58,980 nt of DNA. Source: a virus. Lineage: Duplodnaviria; Caudoviricetes. The stretch lies in the IMG/VR virus record IMGVR_UViG_3300020347_000005, positions 1 through 58,980 of that record. One strand, given 5' to 3'. The notes beneath the pieces are model-generated. The model made no database searches. It saw only the letters and a list, made by a program, of their open reading frames with translations, and was not told the origin of the DNA. The translations under genes and the position numbers were made by a program. Positions 39,806 through 49,115 of the stretch are shown here, in pieces (the stretch's first letter is position 1; each line of letters opens with the position of its first letter).

Positions 39806-40633
39806 ATGTCAGAAAAACCTGCAAACCCAATTGATGTTGATGTCATCATAATATCTTGGGCAAAAAACAAAGAACTACTTCAGGAAACAAAAAAATGTTT
39901 ACAAACATTATTTGATAGTGAAGATTGCTCTTTAATACGTTTTAATGCAATTGTAGTTGAAAGTGATGCAGAAACATCTTTTGATGAATTTGAAACCAAA
40001 GGACACACTGTAAAAACAATACATTCAGATTTAGAATTCGGATATCACACTTACTTAAATTTAGGATTAGAACAAGGAACAGCTGAATGGACTTGTTTAT
40101 GTAATAATGATTTAGACTTTAAGAAAAATTGGGCATTGAAAATATTACAAGTTATTTTTAGTCAAAGAAAATTAGATAGTGAACAATGGAAATATGTTTC
40201 GGCATCTCCGGCCAACCCAAAAGAGCAATGGCATAAACAAAATTTAGATAAAATACAAGTTGGATATAGTGTTCGTAACCATGTTGCTGGTTGGTGTTTA
40301 TTTCAATCAAGAAATGTTTTTGAAAAGTTCGGTAAATTAGAAGAGCGAATAAAATTTTGGTTTTGTGATAATTGGTATTCTGTTGCTTGTCAATGGTACA
40401 AGATACCCCACATTTTTGTAGGAACTTCGATTGTAGAACATCATAGTAATACAGAGGGAACAACCACAAATCAAAGTGAAATGTCAAAAGAAGAAAAACA
40501 TAAATTAACATTTGGTGCTGGTGATGAATTCAGACAAATTGTTAGAGAACTAATGAATGATGAAACATGGGGTGTTATGGATGAAAAGCAACAAAAAGAA
40601 TTTGAACAAAAGACCGGTAAGAAATACTACTAA
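39806..40633 (+). CDS. Glycosyltransferase family 2
   Basis: VDVIIISW, LNLGL, CLCNNDL, AGWC, FWFCDN, VEH; ATTAAATA at 39762-39769. Confidence 0.85.
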   Translation: MSEKPANPIDVDVIIISWAKNKELLQETKKCLQTLFDSEDCSLIRFNAIVVESDAETSFDEFETKGHTVKTIHSDLEFGYHTYLNLGLEQGTAEWTCLCNNDLDFKKNWALKILQVIFSQRKLDSEQWKYVSASPANPKEQWHKQNLDKIQVGYSVRNHVAGWCLFQSRNVFEKFGKLEERIKFWFCDNWYSVACQWYKIPHIFVGTSIVEHHSNTEGTTTNQSEMSKEEKHKLTFGAGDEFRQIVRELMNDETWGVMDEKQQKEFEQKTGKKYY

Positions 40634-40635
40634 CT

Positions 40636-40667
40636 AAAAAGGGAATCATTTCGATTCCCTTTTTTTA
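40636..40667. terminator. Bidirectional terminator
   Basis: AAAAAGGGAATC-ATTTC-GATTCCCTTTTTTT. Confidence 0.85.
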
Positions 40668-40757
40668 TTTGATTATTATCACATCACCATTTTCTGTGAT
40701 TATATAAGTTCCGTTTGAAGAACTTATTAGATTTCCTTTCCAATGATTATATTGCAT
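40665..40757 (-). CDS. Small 30-aa ORF MQYNHWKGNLISSSNGTYIITENGDVIIIK (not in ORF track)
   Basis: Fills the gap between the upstream stop (40769) and the terminator exactly; A-rich leader. Confidence 0.45.
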   Translation of the reverse strand: MQYNHWKGNLISSSNGTYIITENGDVIIIK

Positions 40758-40768
40758 ATCTAATTTTT

Positions 40769-41185
40769 TTATTTATAAACATATGTTTTTATTTTTCTAC
40801 CATAGTTAATTTCTAAACTTTTAATAGTTTCTTTAGACATATCAACAGTTTCTAAAAATTTCCAATTACCTATTCTTTTCGTAGTGTTATAATTAACAAA
40901 CATTTCTCTAGTTCCTTCTGGTTTTTTACTAAATTTGTTATTTGCCGAACCATAACCAAAAACTATTTTATATCCAAGAGGTTCTCCATCAATTTTTTTC
41001 ATTTCGTCATCGTCTTGCCAAACTTCTGCGTGCATATCTTCCCAATCAGTCCACACTTCTTGGATAGTTTCTTTTTTAAAAATACCAGATGCAAATTTTG
41101 AATTTTTTACATCTACTGTTCCAGAAAATAGTACATAGTTTCCTTCATATCTTATTTCGTTCAAAAATTCGTTTAATGATTTCAT
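40769..41185 (-). CDS. Hypothetical protein with leader
   Basis: MKSLNEFLNEI; ATTAAATA at 41190-41197, 4 nt upstream. Confidence 0.7.
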   Translation of the reverse strand: MKSLNEFLNEIRYEGNYVLFSGTVDVKNSKFASGIFKKETIQEVWTDWEDMHAEVWQDDDEMKKIDGEPLGYKIVFGYGSANNKFSKKPEGTREMFVNYNTTKRIGNWKFLETVDMSKETIKSLEINYGRKIKTYVYK

Positions 41186-41202
41186 AACTTATTTAATTTT
41201 TA

Positions 41203-44200
41203 TTAGATATATAAATCTAATTCTTTTTCTAATTCTTCTTTTTTAACTTTAGGAAATTTTTCAATTGCCATTGCTAAGAATTCTTCGTACTTGTCCTGAC
41301 CATCTTCTTCAGAATCCATTTTTTGTAGTATAAATGTTGCAGCTGGTGATTTTTTCCCTTCATTTACATTTCCTTTAAAATAGTTACAATATTCTACATG
41401 ATTAACTTTCAAGAAACCTTCGACTAACTTTTCTATTGCGTAGTCATTCAATCCTTCCATCATTAAGAAAGGTTTTAAATGTCTTTTGATAAAATTACTT
41501 TCAAGTACATTGTCTTTGAATTCTTCAAAATCAAGTGGTGAATCCGTTTCGAAAATTTTTGCTACTGATTCAGTAATTTTAGATTCGTATTCAAATTCTT
41601 TGAATTTTTGTAGTTTACTTTCAGAGATTTTTGATAAGAAAGGAATAAATTCTTTTTCATCATTTTCCAATTCTAAAGTTCCGTTTCTAAACATCAAAAT
41701 CTTTTCGAAAATTTTATCATTAGATTTGTTTAAAGACTGGTTGTGATTTCTATATAAGTTTTCAAATACTTCAACGCCATTTTCACCATAGAACTTTTTA
41801 ATCAAATCATATAAATCTTCTTTCTTAGTATTGTTTTTTATGAAAACTTTTAATGGTTTTATTAATTTCAAGAAATTTTTTCTACTTATTTTTTTCTCTT
41901 CTCCTATGAATTCAGATTCTCCCATAAATTGGTCGTGATACGTAGTCAGTTCATATGTATTTCCATCAACCCCTCTATTATAAATAGAAATGTGTAAGTT
42001 TCCTATTGGTTTTACCGATTCTTTATCTTGATAAATAGTAATAGTTTTTCTTTGCGTTTTACCTTTTTTCGGTTTAAAGAATGCATCACCAAATGAAGCA
42101 AAAAATTCTTCTTGATTAAAAAAATATCCATTTTCTTCTATATAGTCAGTAATAGCGTTTAATGTTTGACCATATCCAGCCATATAAGTAGGATGGTCTT
42201 TTTTAAATTTTAATTTAGGTTTTCTTCCTTCGTTCATAGATTCTTGTAAATTTTTAGGTAAAGGAATTGATTGTTTGATTCGTTGTTTTCGATTGGTATT
42301 GTGATATACATCATCAGGTATTTCATATTCTATGTATATAACATCTTGAATATAATCCACCGCAATTCCTTTTATAGATTTTACTATTTCATCTATCTCT
42401 TTTTTATAATTCCAATATTTTTTTCTAAGATATTCTTCAACATAATCATAAATTTGAGGTGTTGCTTGTTGAATATCTTCTTTATCTAAGTACTTTTTAA
42501 TAGACTTAACTGCTTTTTTAAAGTTAAACTTTTCATTCAATTCAGATTCATTAACATTTTCTTGTAAATTTTTAGGTAAAGGGATTGATTCCTTCATTCT
42601 TTCTACAGCACCTTTATGATATACACTCATATCTGGACCATCATATTCTATATGTATAACATCTTGAATATAATCCACAGCAATTCCTTTTATTTCTACA
42701 TCATCATACAAAGTTGGCAACTTACCAGTAAAGTCATCATCATTATAATCTCTAGAATCAAATTTATCTTTAAGGTATTCTTCAACATAATCATAAATTT
42801 GAGGTGTTGCTTGTTCAATATTTTTTATTTTTAAATTCTTTTTAATGAACTTAAATGCTTTTTTAAAGTCAATCTTTTCATTCAATTCAGATTCGTTCAT
42901 ATTTATGGCATTTTGCATATTAATTGATAATCTGATAATATCAGCATAATCTTTATAAGTCAATCCGTAATATTCGTTATTTTCTTTAGTACCAATATCG
43001 AACATTTCTTTTGCTTGTTTTTCTATATTACCACTTTTGATTCTATATGTTGCCTTTCTTTTACCAGAATCCATAAATCTCATTTCTTCAGTATAATTTG
43101 GGTCTGTTTGCCAACCTGCTCCCGGGGTTACATCAATAGAAAAATGAACTTCATCGTCATTTTTGTAAACAGTCCAACCATGACCGGATTGATAAGTTTT
43201 ACCTTTTTTATATTTGATTGCTTCTTCTAAAGATAGTATATCTATATTGTGCATTTCGGCTTGTTCCTTGATAAAAGTTAATTGATTTTTATCTCTACCG
43301 TATTCTTTTTGTAATGATGAAATGTAATTTCTAAATATAGAACTCAAAGAATGCAACGCTGATTGTCTATTTTCTAATTTATCATCTGAACCGTTTTGTC
43401 CTTTAATTGCATTTATACCATCTACAAATCTATCATCCAAATCTTTAAGATATTCACTAAAGGTTTGTCTTTTTGACTTTTTTTCGTTTAATTCATAATC
43501 TAAAATAGATTCAACTATTAAAGCATCAGAAAATAAATCTTCACCGTAAGATTCCAATATGTCAGAAATTATATCTACATCTAAATTACAATCCATAACA
43601 ACAGATTCAATATCAACAGATTCAGCAAGCACTGCTGTATCTTCTAATTCATCTTTAAGTTGTTTGTAGTAAGGATGAATTTGTTTAGGTGTAAATTTTT
43701 TGAATTTCTTTTCATCACCATCTATGATTGCTTGTCTAACTTCTGTTCCTGAGGTTAGTCTTCCTTTTAATTCTTGAATTGCAAAATCAGGATGCGTAGT
43801 AATGTTTTTCATTCTTTTTGCCATCCCGGTATAAGTTTTTGCTCTATCTTCTCCGGCACCAATTAGAACTGGATTGTATCCTCTTCGTTGAGTTTCCATT
43901 ACAACAACAGGAATAAATGAACCGGTCATACTCCAAGCGTCTCTAACTAAATCTTGACCTTTTGCAATATCATCCATATAGTTGATAGTCAAATTATCAC
44001 TAAATTTAGAGTTTTTTCCACTTTTACTTCTTATGTAAATATAGACTGATGGCAATCCGTTAATTTTTTCCAATTCTTTGGCCATACCTAAATGTCCTAT
44101 TGTAAACGGTTGATATCTTCCGATAACAACATTAACCGGTTCTAAATGCGATTGGTCATTTTCAGATTCCATATCTTTTAGTTCAGTAATTATATCTTTC

Positions 44201-44223
44201 TTTATAATATCTTCTTTTGCCAT
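41203..44223 (-). CDS. Multidomain protein with N-terminal HIGH-motif (cytidylyltransferase-like) domain
   Basis: VIGRYQPFTIGH, GAGEDR, TSGTEVRQAI; the remainder is segmented by xNE/xxE sites. Confidence 0.8.
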   Translation of the reverse strand: MAKEDIIKKDIITELKDMESENDQSHLEPVNVVIGRYQPFTIGHLGMAKELEKINGLPSVYIYIRSKSGKNSKFSDNLTINYMDDIAKGQDLVRDAWSMTGSFIPVVVMETQRRGYNPVLIGAGEDRAKTYTGMAKRMKNITTHPDFAIQELKGRLTSGTEVRQAIIDGDEKKFKKFTPKQIHPYYKQLKDELEDTAVLAESVDIESVVMDCNLDVDIISDILESYGEDLFSDALIVESILDYELNEKKSKRQTFSEYLKDLDDRFVDGINAIKGQNGSDDKLENRQSALHSLSSIFRNYISSLQKEYGRDKNQLTFIKEQAEMHNIDILSLEEAIKYKKGKTYQSGHGWTVYKNDDEVHFSIDVTPGAGWQTDPNYTEEMRFMDSGKRKATYRIKSGNIEKQAKEMFDIGTKENNEYYGLTYKDYADIIRLSINMQNAINMNESELNEKIDFKKAFKFIKKNLKIKNIEQATPQIYDYVEEYLKDKFDSRDYNDDDFTGKLPTLYDDVEIKGIAVDYIQDVIHIEYDGPDMSVYHKGAVERMKESIPLPKNLQENVNESELNEKFNFKKAVKSIKKYLDKEDIQQATPQIYDYVEEYLRKKYWNYKKEIDEIVKSIKGIAVDYIQDVIYIEYEIPDDVYHNTNRKQRIKQSIPLPKNLQESMNEGRKPKLKFKKDHPTYMAGYGQTLNAITDYIEENGYFFNQEEFFASFGDAFFKPKKGKTQRKTITIYQDKESVKPIGNLHISIYNRGVDGNTYELTTYHDQFMGESEFIGEEKKISRKNFLKLIKPLKVFIKNNTKKEDLYDLIKKFYGENGVEVFENLYRNHNQSLNKSNDKIFEKILMFRNGTLELENDEKEFIPFLSKISESKLQKFKEFEYESKITESVAKIFETDSPLDFEEFKDNVLESNFIKRHLKPFLMMEGLNDYAIEKLVEGFLKVNHVEYCNYFKGNVNEGKKSPAATFILQKMDSEEDGQDKYEEFLAMAIEKFPKVKKEELEKELDLYI
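42229..42900 (-). repeat. Tandem duplication of a ~110-aa domain
   Basis: Two copies of NESELNEK.xFKKA...QATPQIYDYVEEYL...IKGIAVDYIQDVI.IEY...SIPLPKNLQE with long DNA identities. Confidence 0.9.
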
Positions 44224-44224
44224 A

Positions 44225-44713
44225 CTAAGTATTTGTTTTCTTATTTAATGTATTTCGTTTTTCTAACTTATTTTTATATAAAAGAACTTGTAAATGAAAA
44301 CAACAAAGAACAAATATACTAATCAATTCACCTAAAAGAATACTGTACGGATATGCTACGATTGATAAAATGTATAAGTACCTATAAATTAAGAATCTTT
44401 TATTTATGAATAGGCAATACATACAAGAAAAGTAAAAACAAAGGGCAAAAATATTATGTGCTATTTGAAATTCATACCAATTAAAACTTGTTAGTAACAG
44501 TAAGAAAAAACTTGGAATTTTCCAATTCTTTAACGAAAAGAAAAAATATGAACATATTATATTTGAAACAATAAAGAGGGGTTGAAAAGGTGTTCCCCAA
44601 TATTGAGATAGCGAATCGAGTATTCCGTTGTTTATAATCATAACAGCCGGAGAAATTAAACATAAGAAAATTGTTATTAGTTTTACGTTAAATTCCTTTA
44701 ATACTTTATTCAC
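44225..44713 (-). CDS. Multi-pass membrane protein
   Basis: GTG start, 5-6 hydrophobic segments, DSLSQYW; late promoter at 44732-44739. Confidence 0.7.
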   Translation of the reverse strand: MNKVLKEFNVKLITIFLCLISPAVMIINNGILDSLSQYWGTPFQPLFIVSNIICSYFFFSLKNWKIPSFFLLLLTSFNWYEFQIAHNIFALCFYFSCMYCLFINKRFLIYRYLYILSIVAYPYSILLGELISIFVLCCFHLQVLLYKNKLEKRNTLNKKTNT

Positions 44714-44731
44714 TTTATGTTGTCTTTATGT

Positions 44732-44772
44732 TATTTAATACTAAAAAAAGACCACGTTTGTAGTCTTTTTTA
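44732..44772 (-). terminator. Terminator (44743-44772) followed by late promoter (44732-44739)
   Basis: AAAAAAAGAC..GTCTTTTTT hairpin, then ATTAAATA. Confidence 0.7.
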
Positions 44773-44803
44773 TTACTTATTTCATTAGATATTAGTGCTT
44801 TTA

Positions 44804-45031
44804 CTATCTTAATCTTTTGAGTTCTGAATGTTGTTTTTTACTTGTTATTTCAACAATAGTTCCATCTTCAAAAGTTGCATATTTTAGATTTAATTTAACG
44901 ACCTTTCCTTTTCCTTCAGTCTTAACAACTTTTTCTTCAACTACTTCTTCAACTTTAACTTCGTCAACAACTTTAACTTCGTCAACAACTTTAACTTCTT
45001 TTTCAACTTTTTCTTTCTTTTCTTTAGCCAT
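44804..45031 (-). CDS. Small Lys/Glu/Val-rich protein with 18-bp tandem repeat
   Basis: EVKVVD repeats (DNA about 44951-44998); own late promoter at 45055-45062. Confidence 0.65.
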   Translation of the reverse strand: MAKEKKEKVEKEVKVVDEVKVVDEVKVEEVVEEKVVKTEGKGKVVKLNLKYATFEDGTIVEITSKKQHSELKRLR

Positions 45032-45070
45032 AATAATGTATTATTTTTATATTGTATTTAATCTAAAAGG

Positions 45071-46273
45071 TTACAATGTTTTTTTCCATTCTCTAAATGT
45101 CAAAAAGGTTTCGTTCACTTTTGATGTTATATCTTTAATTTTACCAACAACTAAATTTATTTGATTCTTTAAATTGTCATCAATTCTTTTTGTTTTTCTT
45201 TTTTTAAGTTTTCTAAAACTAGATAATAAAATTTTAAATATTTCTTCCGAATCTTTATTTTTCTTTATGAAATCTACAACTTCTTTACTTTTAATCATTT
45301 TTGTATTCAATGCAAATTCTGGTGCCTTTGCAAAATCTGGTTTTTTAATGTTAAGTCCTTTTAAGAAAGTTGAATTTTCATCAATAAATCTTTTTACTAC
45401 TCTAGTCATTAAATCTAAATATTTATCGTCTTCATTAGAACCATCAGCAATAAAATCTTTTAGAACATCATTTTCTTCAAACCACCCTATAAATGAATAT
45501 AGAACTAATCCGAATTCATCATTAGTTTCTGTTTGATTGGCTCTATTAAAAGCTTTATCTCTTGCCATTTGTGTAAACATTGGGTCAACTACCTTTGCCA
45601 AATATTCACCATCATTGAATTTAAAAACTAAACCTTCAATCGGTTTGTCTAAGGTATTGTTTAATGCCGTTTTCTTTAGTTTAGGGTCCAAGATAGAAAC
45701 AATGTATTTAGTAAAAGATGATGTTTTAAATTCTTTTACTAAATCTTCAAAAGGTGTTTTCAAAAAGTCTTCTAATTGTTCTTTTTGTAATTTACTTAAT
45801 GTACCATCAAAAATTATAAAAGGCTCTTCTACATCAAAATATTTTGACCACTTTTTTAAAGTTTTTGGGTCGTCAATAAATTTAGTAACTTTACCTTTGT
45901 CATTCATTTCTTTCATATGCGTTAAGACTAATCCATTTTTAGGTAGTCTATCATATGCAATAGAAACTGGTTTTGTATTTTGAAAATACTCGAATCCAAA
46001 TCTTAAATTGTCAGGTAATTTTTTTGAACCTACTGTTTTTTGTATATATTCAATTGGTGGTTCGTACAGGGACATTATAGTTCTGTCCAATTTAGTTATT
46101 GGTTGTCTATCATCTCTTTTAAAGAAATCCATAGTACCATTTGAATTTTGTTGTGCTGAGAAAACAGAACCATCAGGTTTTTCAGAAACTACTAATTTCT
46201 TATTGAAAAGGTTATTTATAAATTCTGAACCTTGTTTACTGTATATGTCGAATAGGTGTTGTAATCCTGCCAT
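45071..46273 (-). CDS. ATP-dependent ligase-superfamily nucleotidyltransferase (RNA ligase-like)
   Basis: Start likely MAGLQHL; motif I SEKPDGS, III FGFEYF, IV IEGLVFK, V YLAKVV. Confidence 0.7.
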   Translation of the reverse strand: MAGLQHLFDIYSKQGSEFINNLFNKKLVVSEKPDGSVFSAQQNSNGTMDFFKRDDRQPITKLDRTIMSLYEPPIEYIQKTVGSKKLPDNLRFGFEYFQNTKPVSIAYDRLPKNGLVLTHMKEMNDKGKVTKFIDDPKTLKKWSKYFDVEEPFIIFDGTLSKLQKEQLEDFLKTPFEDLVKEFKTSSFTKYIVSILDPKLKKTALNNTLDKPIEGLVFKFNDGEYLAKVVDPMFTQMARDKAFNRANQTETNDEFGLVLYSFIGWFEENDVLKDFIADGSNEDDKYLDLMTRVVKRFIDENSTFLKGLNIKKPDFAKAPEFALNTKMIKSKEVVDFIKKNKDSEEIFKILLSSFRKLKKRKTKRIDDNLKNQINLVVGKIKDITSKVNETFLTFREWKKTL

Positions 46274-46292
46274 GGTATATCTTTTTTTAAAT

Positions 46293-47231
46293 TTACGAAT
46301 TTTTTCGGTAAAATGCAAATTTTTTCATCCTAAAATCAAAATTTTCTTTTATACCTAATTCTTCAGGTAATGGTAAACCTTTTCTTTTAAGAACATCTAC
46401 AAAATATTCAACAATTTTAGAGAGGTCTTTCTTCCAGGGAAAATCTTTCTTTTGCATTGCTTTCCAAACAGATTCAAATGAATTTGTGTCTTTAATTGTT
46501 GCATCAACACCTAGTAATGATTTTGTAATTAGTTCCGGGTCTTTACTTATGAACTCTTCCCATTCACTCTTACCCGTTTTTACAAGTTTACCCGTTTTTC
46601 CTACGTAAGATTTTATTTGTTTTTTATATCCTTTGTTGGGGTCTAACATAATTCTACCCAATTTCTTAATTTGCCCTTTATATTTTCCTTCGAATTCATC
46701 TTCCCAATATGTTGTAAGTCCTTCATCAGTAACAGCATACCCAATAGCTTTTAATAATTCGGTTCTATATAAACCTTTCCAAGCCGATTCTTGTTTTGTA
46801 AAATCTGGAGAATGAAACATCCATCTAGCAAAATCAATGTTATCTTGTAACATTAAATCAACTTGAACATTTCCGCTACCACCTTTGATTGGATATGCTA
46901 ATGAAATTATTCCTAATCCATGCATATAGTTTTTATCCATTTTAGGATATGCAACATCTAGTAAATCTAAAATCTTTTGACCAACTTCTTCTTTTGAAAT
47001 TTTTAGATTTTTTGCTATTGCACTAATATCAATTGCAATATCAATATCTCCACTTGTTTGTCCGGGTAGTTTTTTTCCTGTTGAACCTAATGCGGCCCAT
47101 TCTTTACCTTTAAGTTTTAAAAATCTAATCAAGATTTTCTTATCTATATCTTTTAAAGTTGGCATTGTTTCCTCTGCTTTAATTGGCATTACGTTGGGAA
47201 CTGCTTTTCCACCTTCGAATAATTTAATCAT
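46293..47231 (-). CDS. Pol-beta-superfamily nucleotidyltransferase
   Basis: LGSTGKK...SGDIDIAID and VQVDLM (third Asp); N-terminal LFE-GG. Confidence 0.75.
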   Translation of the reverse strand: MIKLFEGGKAVPNVMPIKAEETMPTLKDIDKKILIRFLKLKGKEWAALGSTGKKLPGQTSGDIDIAIDISAIAKNLKISKEEVGQKILDLLDVAYPKMDKNYMHGLGIISLAYPIKGGSGNVQVDLMLQDNIDFARWMFHSPDFTKQESAWKGLYRTELLKAIGYAVTDEGLTTYWEDEFEGKYKGQIKKLGRIMLDPNKGYKKQIKSYVGKTGKLVKTGKSEWEEFISKDPELITKSLLGVDATIKDTNSFESVWKAMQKKDFPWKKDLSKIVEYFVDVLKRKGLPLPEELGIKENFDFRMKKFAFYRKNS

Positions 47232-47250
47232 AGTGTAGATATGTTTTTAT

Positions 47251-47290
47251 TATTTAATCAAACAAAAAAAGGAACTTAAAAAGTTCCTTT
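47251..47290 (-). terminator. Terminator (47264-47290) followed by late promoter (47251-47258)
   Basis: AAAGGAACTT..AAGTTCCTTTTTTT, then ATTAAATA. Confidence 0.75.
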
Positions 47291-47315
47291 ATAATAGTAT
47301 TTCTATTTTTTATTT

Positions 47316-48332
47316 TTAGTACAAATCTTTTAATGCGCTTCTTAGTAATTTCATTATTTGCTTGTCTCTTTTATTAGTACTACCTGCTAATAATTCCAAT
47401 GCTTCTTTAATAGAACCTTCTGCATATCCATCTTCATTCAATTTAGCTTCGAGCAAAGAAGACAATTCTCTAATGGTAAACTGGTCTTCTATTTTATCTA
47501 TAAAGTCACCAATCATTTTGTGTCTTTTGTCCTTCTTGTCATATAAGGTTGCTGCCAAGTCATTTAATGTATTTAAAATATCTTTCTTTGATTCATTCAA
47601 TTTAGCTTCGTGCATTGATTCATTATGTTTAAAAACAAGACTAAAAATTACACCTTTTTTGTCGATATCAACTTTACCGTCTTTGTGTAACTTTTCCATA
47701 TCATCTTTAGAAATGTGTATTTCTGCAGTTTCACCTTTGTCATGTTCAAGAATGTTTCCATCCATGTCATACTCAGCTTCCGGTAATCCAGCAGCTTGTC
47801 TTAATTCGATATCATCAGCTTCGATAAAATCAGAAAGTGCTTCAAGTTCTGCAATTTCACCATAACTTAGGTCTTCTCTTCTTAAAGATTTTCTAATTTG
47901 TTCTAGTCTTTTTTTAGCGTCTTTTTCTTTGATTTTCTTTGCCTCATTTACTTTTTTTTTACTAGATTCGTTATAACTATCTTCTTCCATTTCATCGTCT
48001 TCAGATTCTTCCATTTCTTCGTCTTCAGATGAATATAATTCTTCTTTGTCTTTTCCTTTGTCCTTAGATTCGTAAGATTCTTTTTTAGATTTCATTTCTT
48101 TAGAATCTTCATCTTCTTCTGAATCATAATCTTCTTCAACTTGCTTTTCGTTTGTTGGTTCTTGTGTCCACTCTTTATCTATTTCATTAAAGAATTTCTT
48201 TTTGTCAGCATCAGATAATTCAGCCGGTGATTTAACATCAAATTTCTTTAATTTTTTATCAAAAAATTCTTGATATTCTTTTTGTTTTTTAGACTTCTCA
48301 GCTTCGTTTATAAAATTAGTTAACTTTTTCAT
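47316..48332 (-). CDS. Acidic leader-bearing protein, probable prohead core/internal protein
   Basis: MKKLTNFINEAE; YQEFFDKKLKKF..KSPAEL domain; D/E-rich linker; repeated VNE/LNE sites. Confidence 0.65.
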   Translation of the reverse strand: MKKLTNFINEAEKSKKQKEYQEFFDKKLKKFDVKSPAELSDADKKKFFNEIDKEWTQEPTNEKQVEEDYDSEEDEDSKEMKSKKESYESKDKGKDKEELYSSEDEEMEESEDDEMEEDSYNESSKKKVNEAKKIKEKDAKKRLEQIRKSLRREDLSYGEIAELEALSDFIEADDIELRQAAGLPEAEYDMDGNILEHDKGETAEIHISKDDMEKLHKDGKVDIDKKGVIFSLVFKHNESMHEAKLNESKKDILNTLNDLAATLYDKKDKRHKMIGDFIDKIEDQFTIRELSSLLEAKLNEDGYAEGSIKEALELLAGSTNKRDKQIMKLLRSALKDLY

Positions 48333-48365
48333 GTAAAATGTTTTATTTTTCTTTGTTTATTTAAT

Positions 48366-48869
48366 CTATTCGTTTATTGTAGTTTTGTTTATAACTCTTT
48401 GACCTAATTTAGAAAGTTTACAACATATTACACCATCTTTTGTAAATTCTTTAATGTAAGATGAATTTTTATTAAACCAACTCATACTAGTTCTAGAACC
48501 AGAATCTTCATTTTTTGATTGTATAAATTCTTTTAATTCTTGTTTGGTGCAATGTCCTTTTTCTGCAATGAAACCTAATATGTTATTTCTAACAGGAGCA
48601 TTTGCACCAACTTTTATAGAATCATATTGACCGTATTTTCTTTTTACTTGTAAAGTTTTTCTTTCGTCAATCTTATCAGGTAAATTAGTTTCTTTAGTTT
48701 CAGCATAATCTTTTAGTTTATCTTCTGGTAACTTTGAAAGTTCTATTATTTCATCAGATACTTCATCTTTTTCTATTTCACCTCTTTTATATGCTAATGC
48801 CATACCGAATAATCTTCTTTGAGATTTTGACTTAGATGCTTCATTTAAAAATTCATTAAGTGATTTCAT
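48366..48869 (-). CDS. Leader-bearing protein with DUF3008-like domain
   Basis: MKSLNEFLNE-ASKSKSQRRLFGMALAYKRGE...LKDYAETK..LP. Confidence 0.65.
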   Translation of the reverse strand: MKSLNEFLNEASKSKSQRRLFGMALAYKRGEIEKDEVSDEIIELSKLPEDKLKDYAETKETNLPDKIDERKTLQVKRKYGQYDSIKVGANAPVRNNILGFIAEKGHCTKQELKEFIQSKNEDSGSRTSMSWFNKNSSYIKEFTKDGVICCKLSKLGQRVINKTTINE

Positions 48870-48871
48870 AA

Positions 48872-49108
48872 CTATTTTATTTTTTTATAAATAGAAACCC
48901 AACTTGAACCTATTTCTTGTAAGGAATCTGGATTTGTATTTTTAGGTTTATTTCTAGTAGTTACACTTAATTGTATCATACCGTCTAATAACGCAATAAC
49001 ATTTGCTTTTTCTAAAGATTCATACTCTGAATCTCCGTATTTAGAATCTAAATATTCTTTTACTTGTAATGAAAAATTTTCATTCAGAAAATAACAAAGG
49101 CCCTTCAT
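48872..49108 (-). CDS. Hypothetical protein with variant leader
   Basis: MKGLCYFLNEN; GTTAAATA at 49113-49120, 4 nt upstream. Confidence 0.6.
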   Translation of the reverse strand: MKGLCYFLNENFSLQVKEYLDSKYGDSEYESLEKANVIALLDGMIQLSVTTRNKPKNTNPDSLQEIGSSWVSIYKKIK

Positions 49109-49115
49109 TATATAT

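Noticed and set aside
46293-47231. Calling the pol-beta NTase a CBASS cyclase
   Set aside because: Only the generic GS/DxD core is visible and there are no recognisable Cap effectors, so the substrate is left open.
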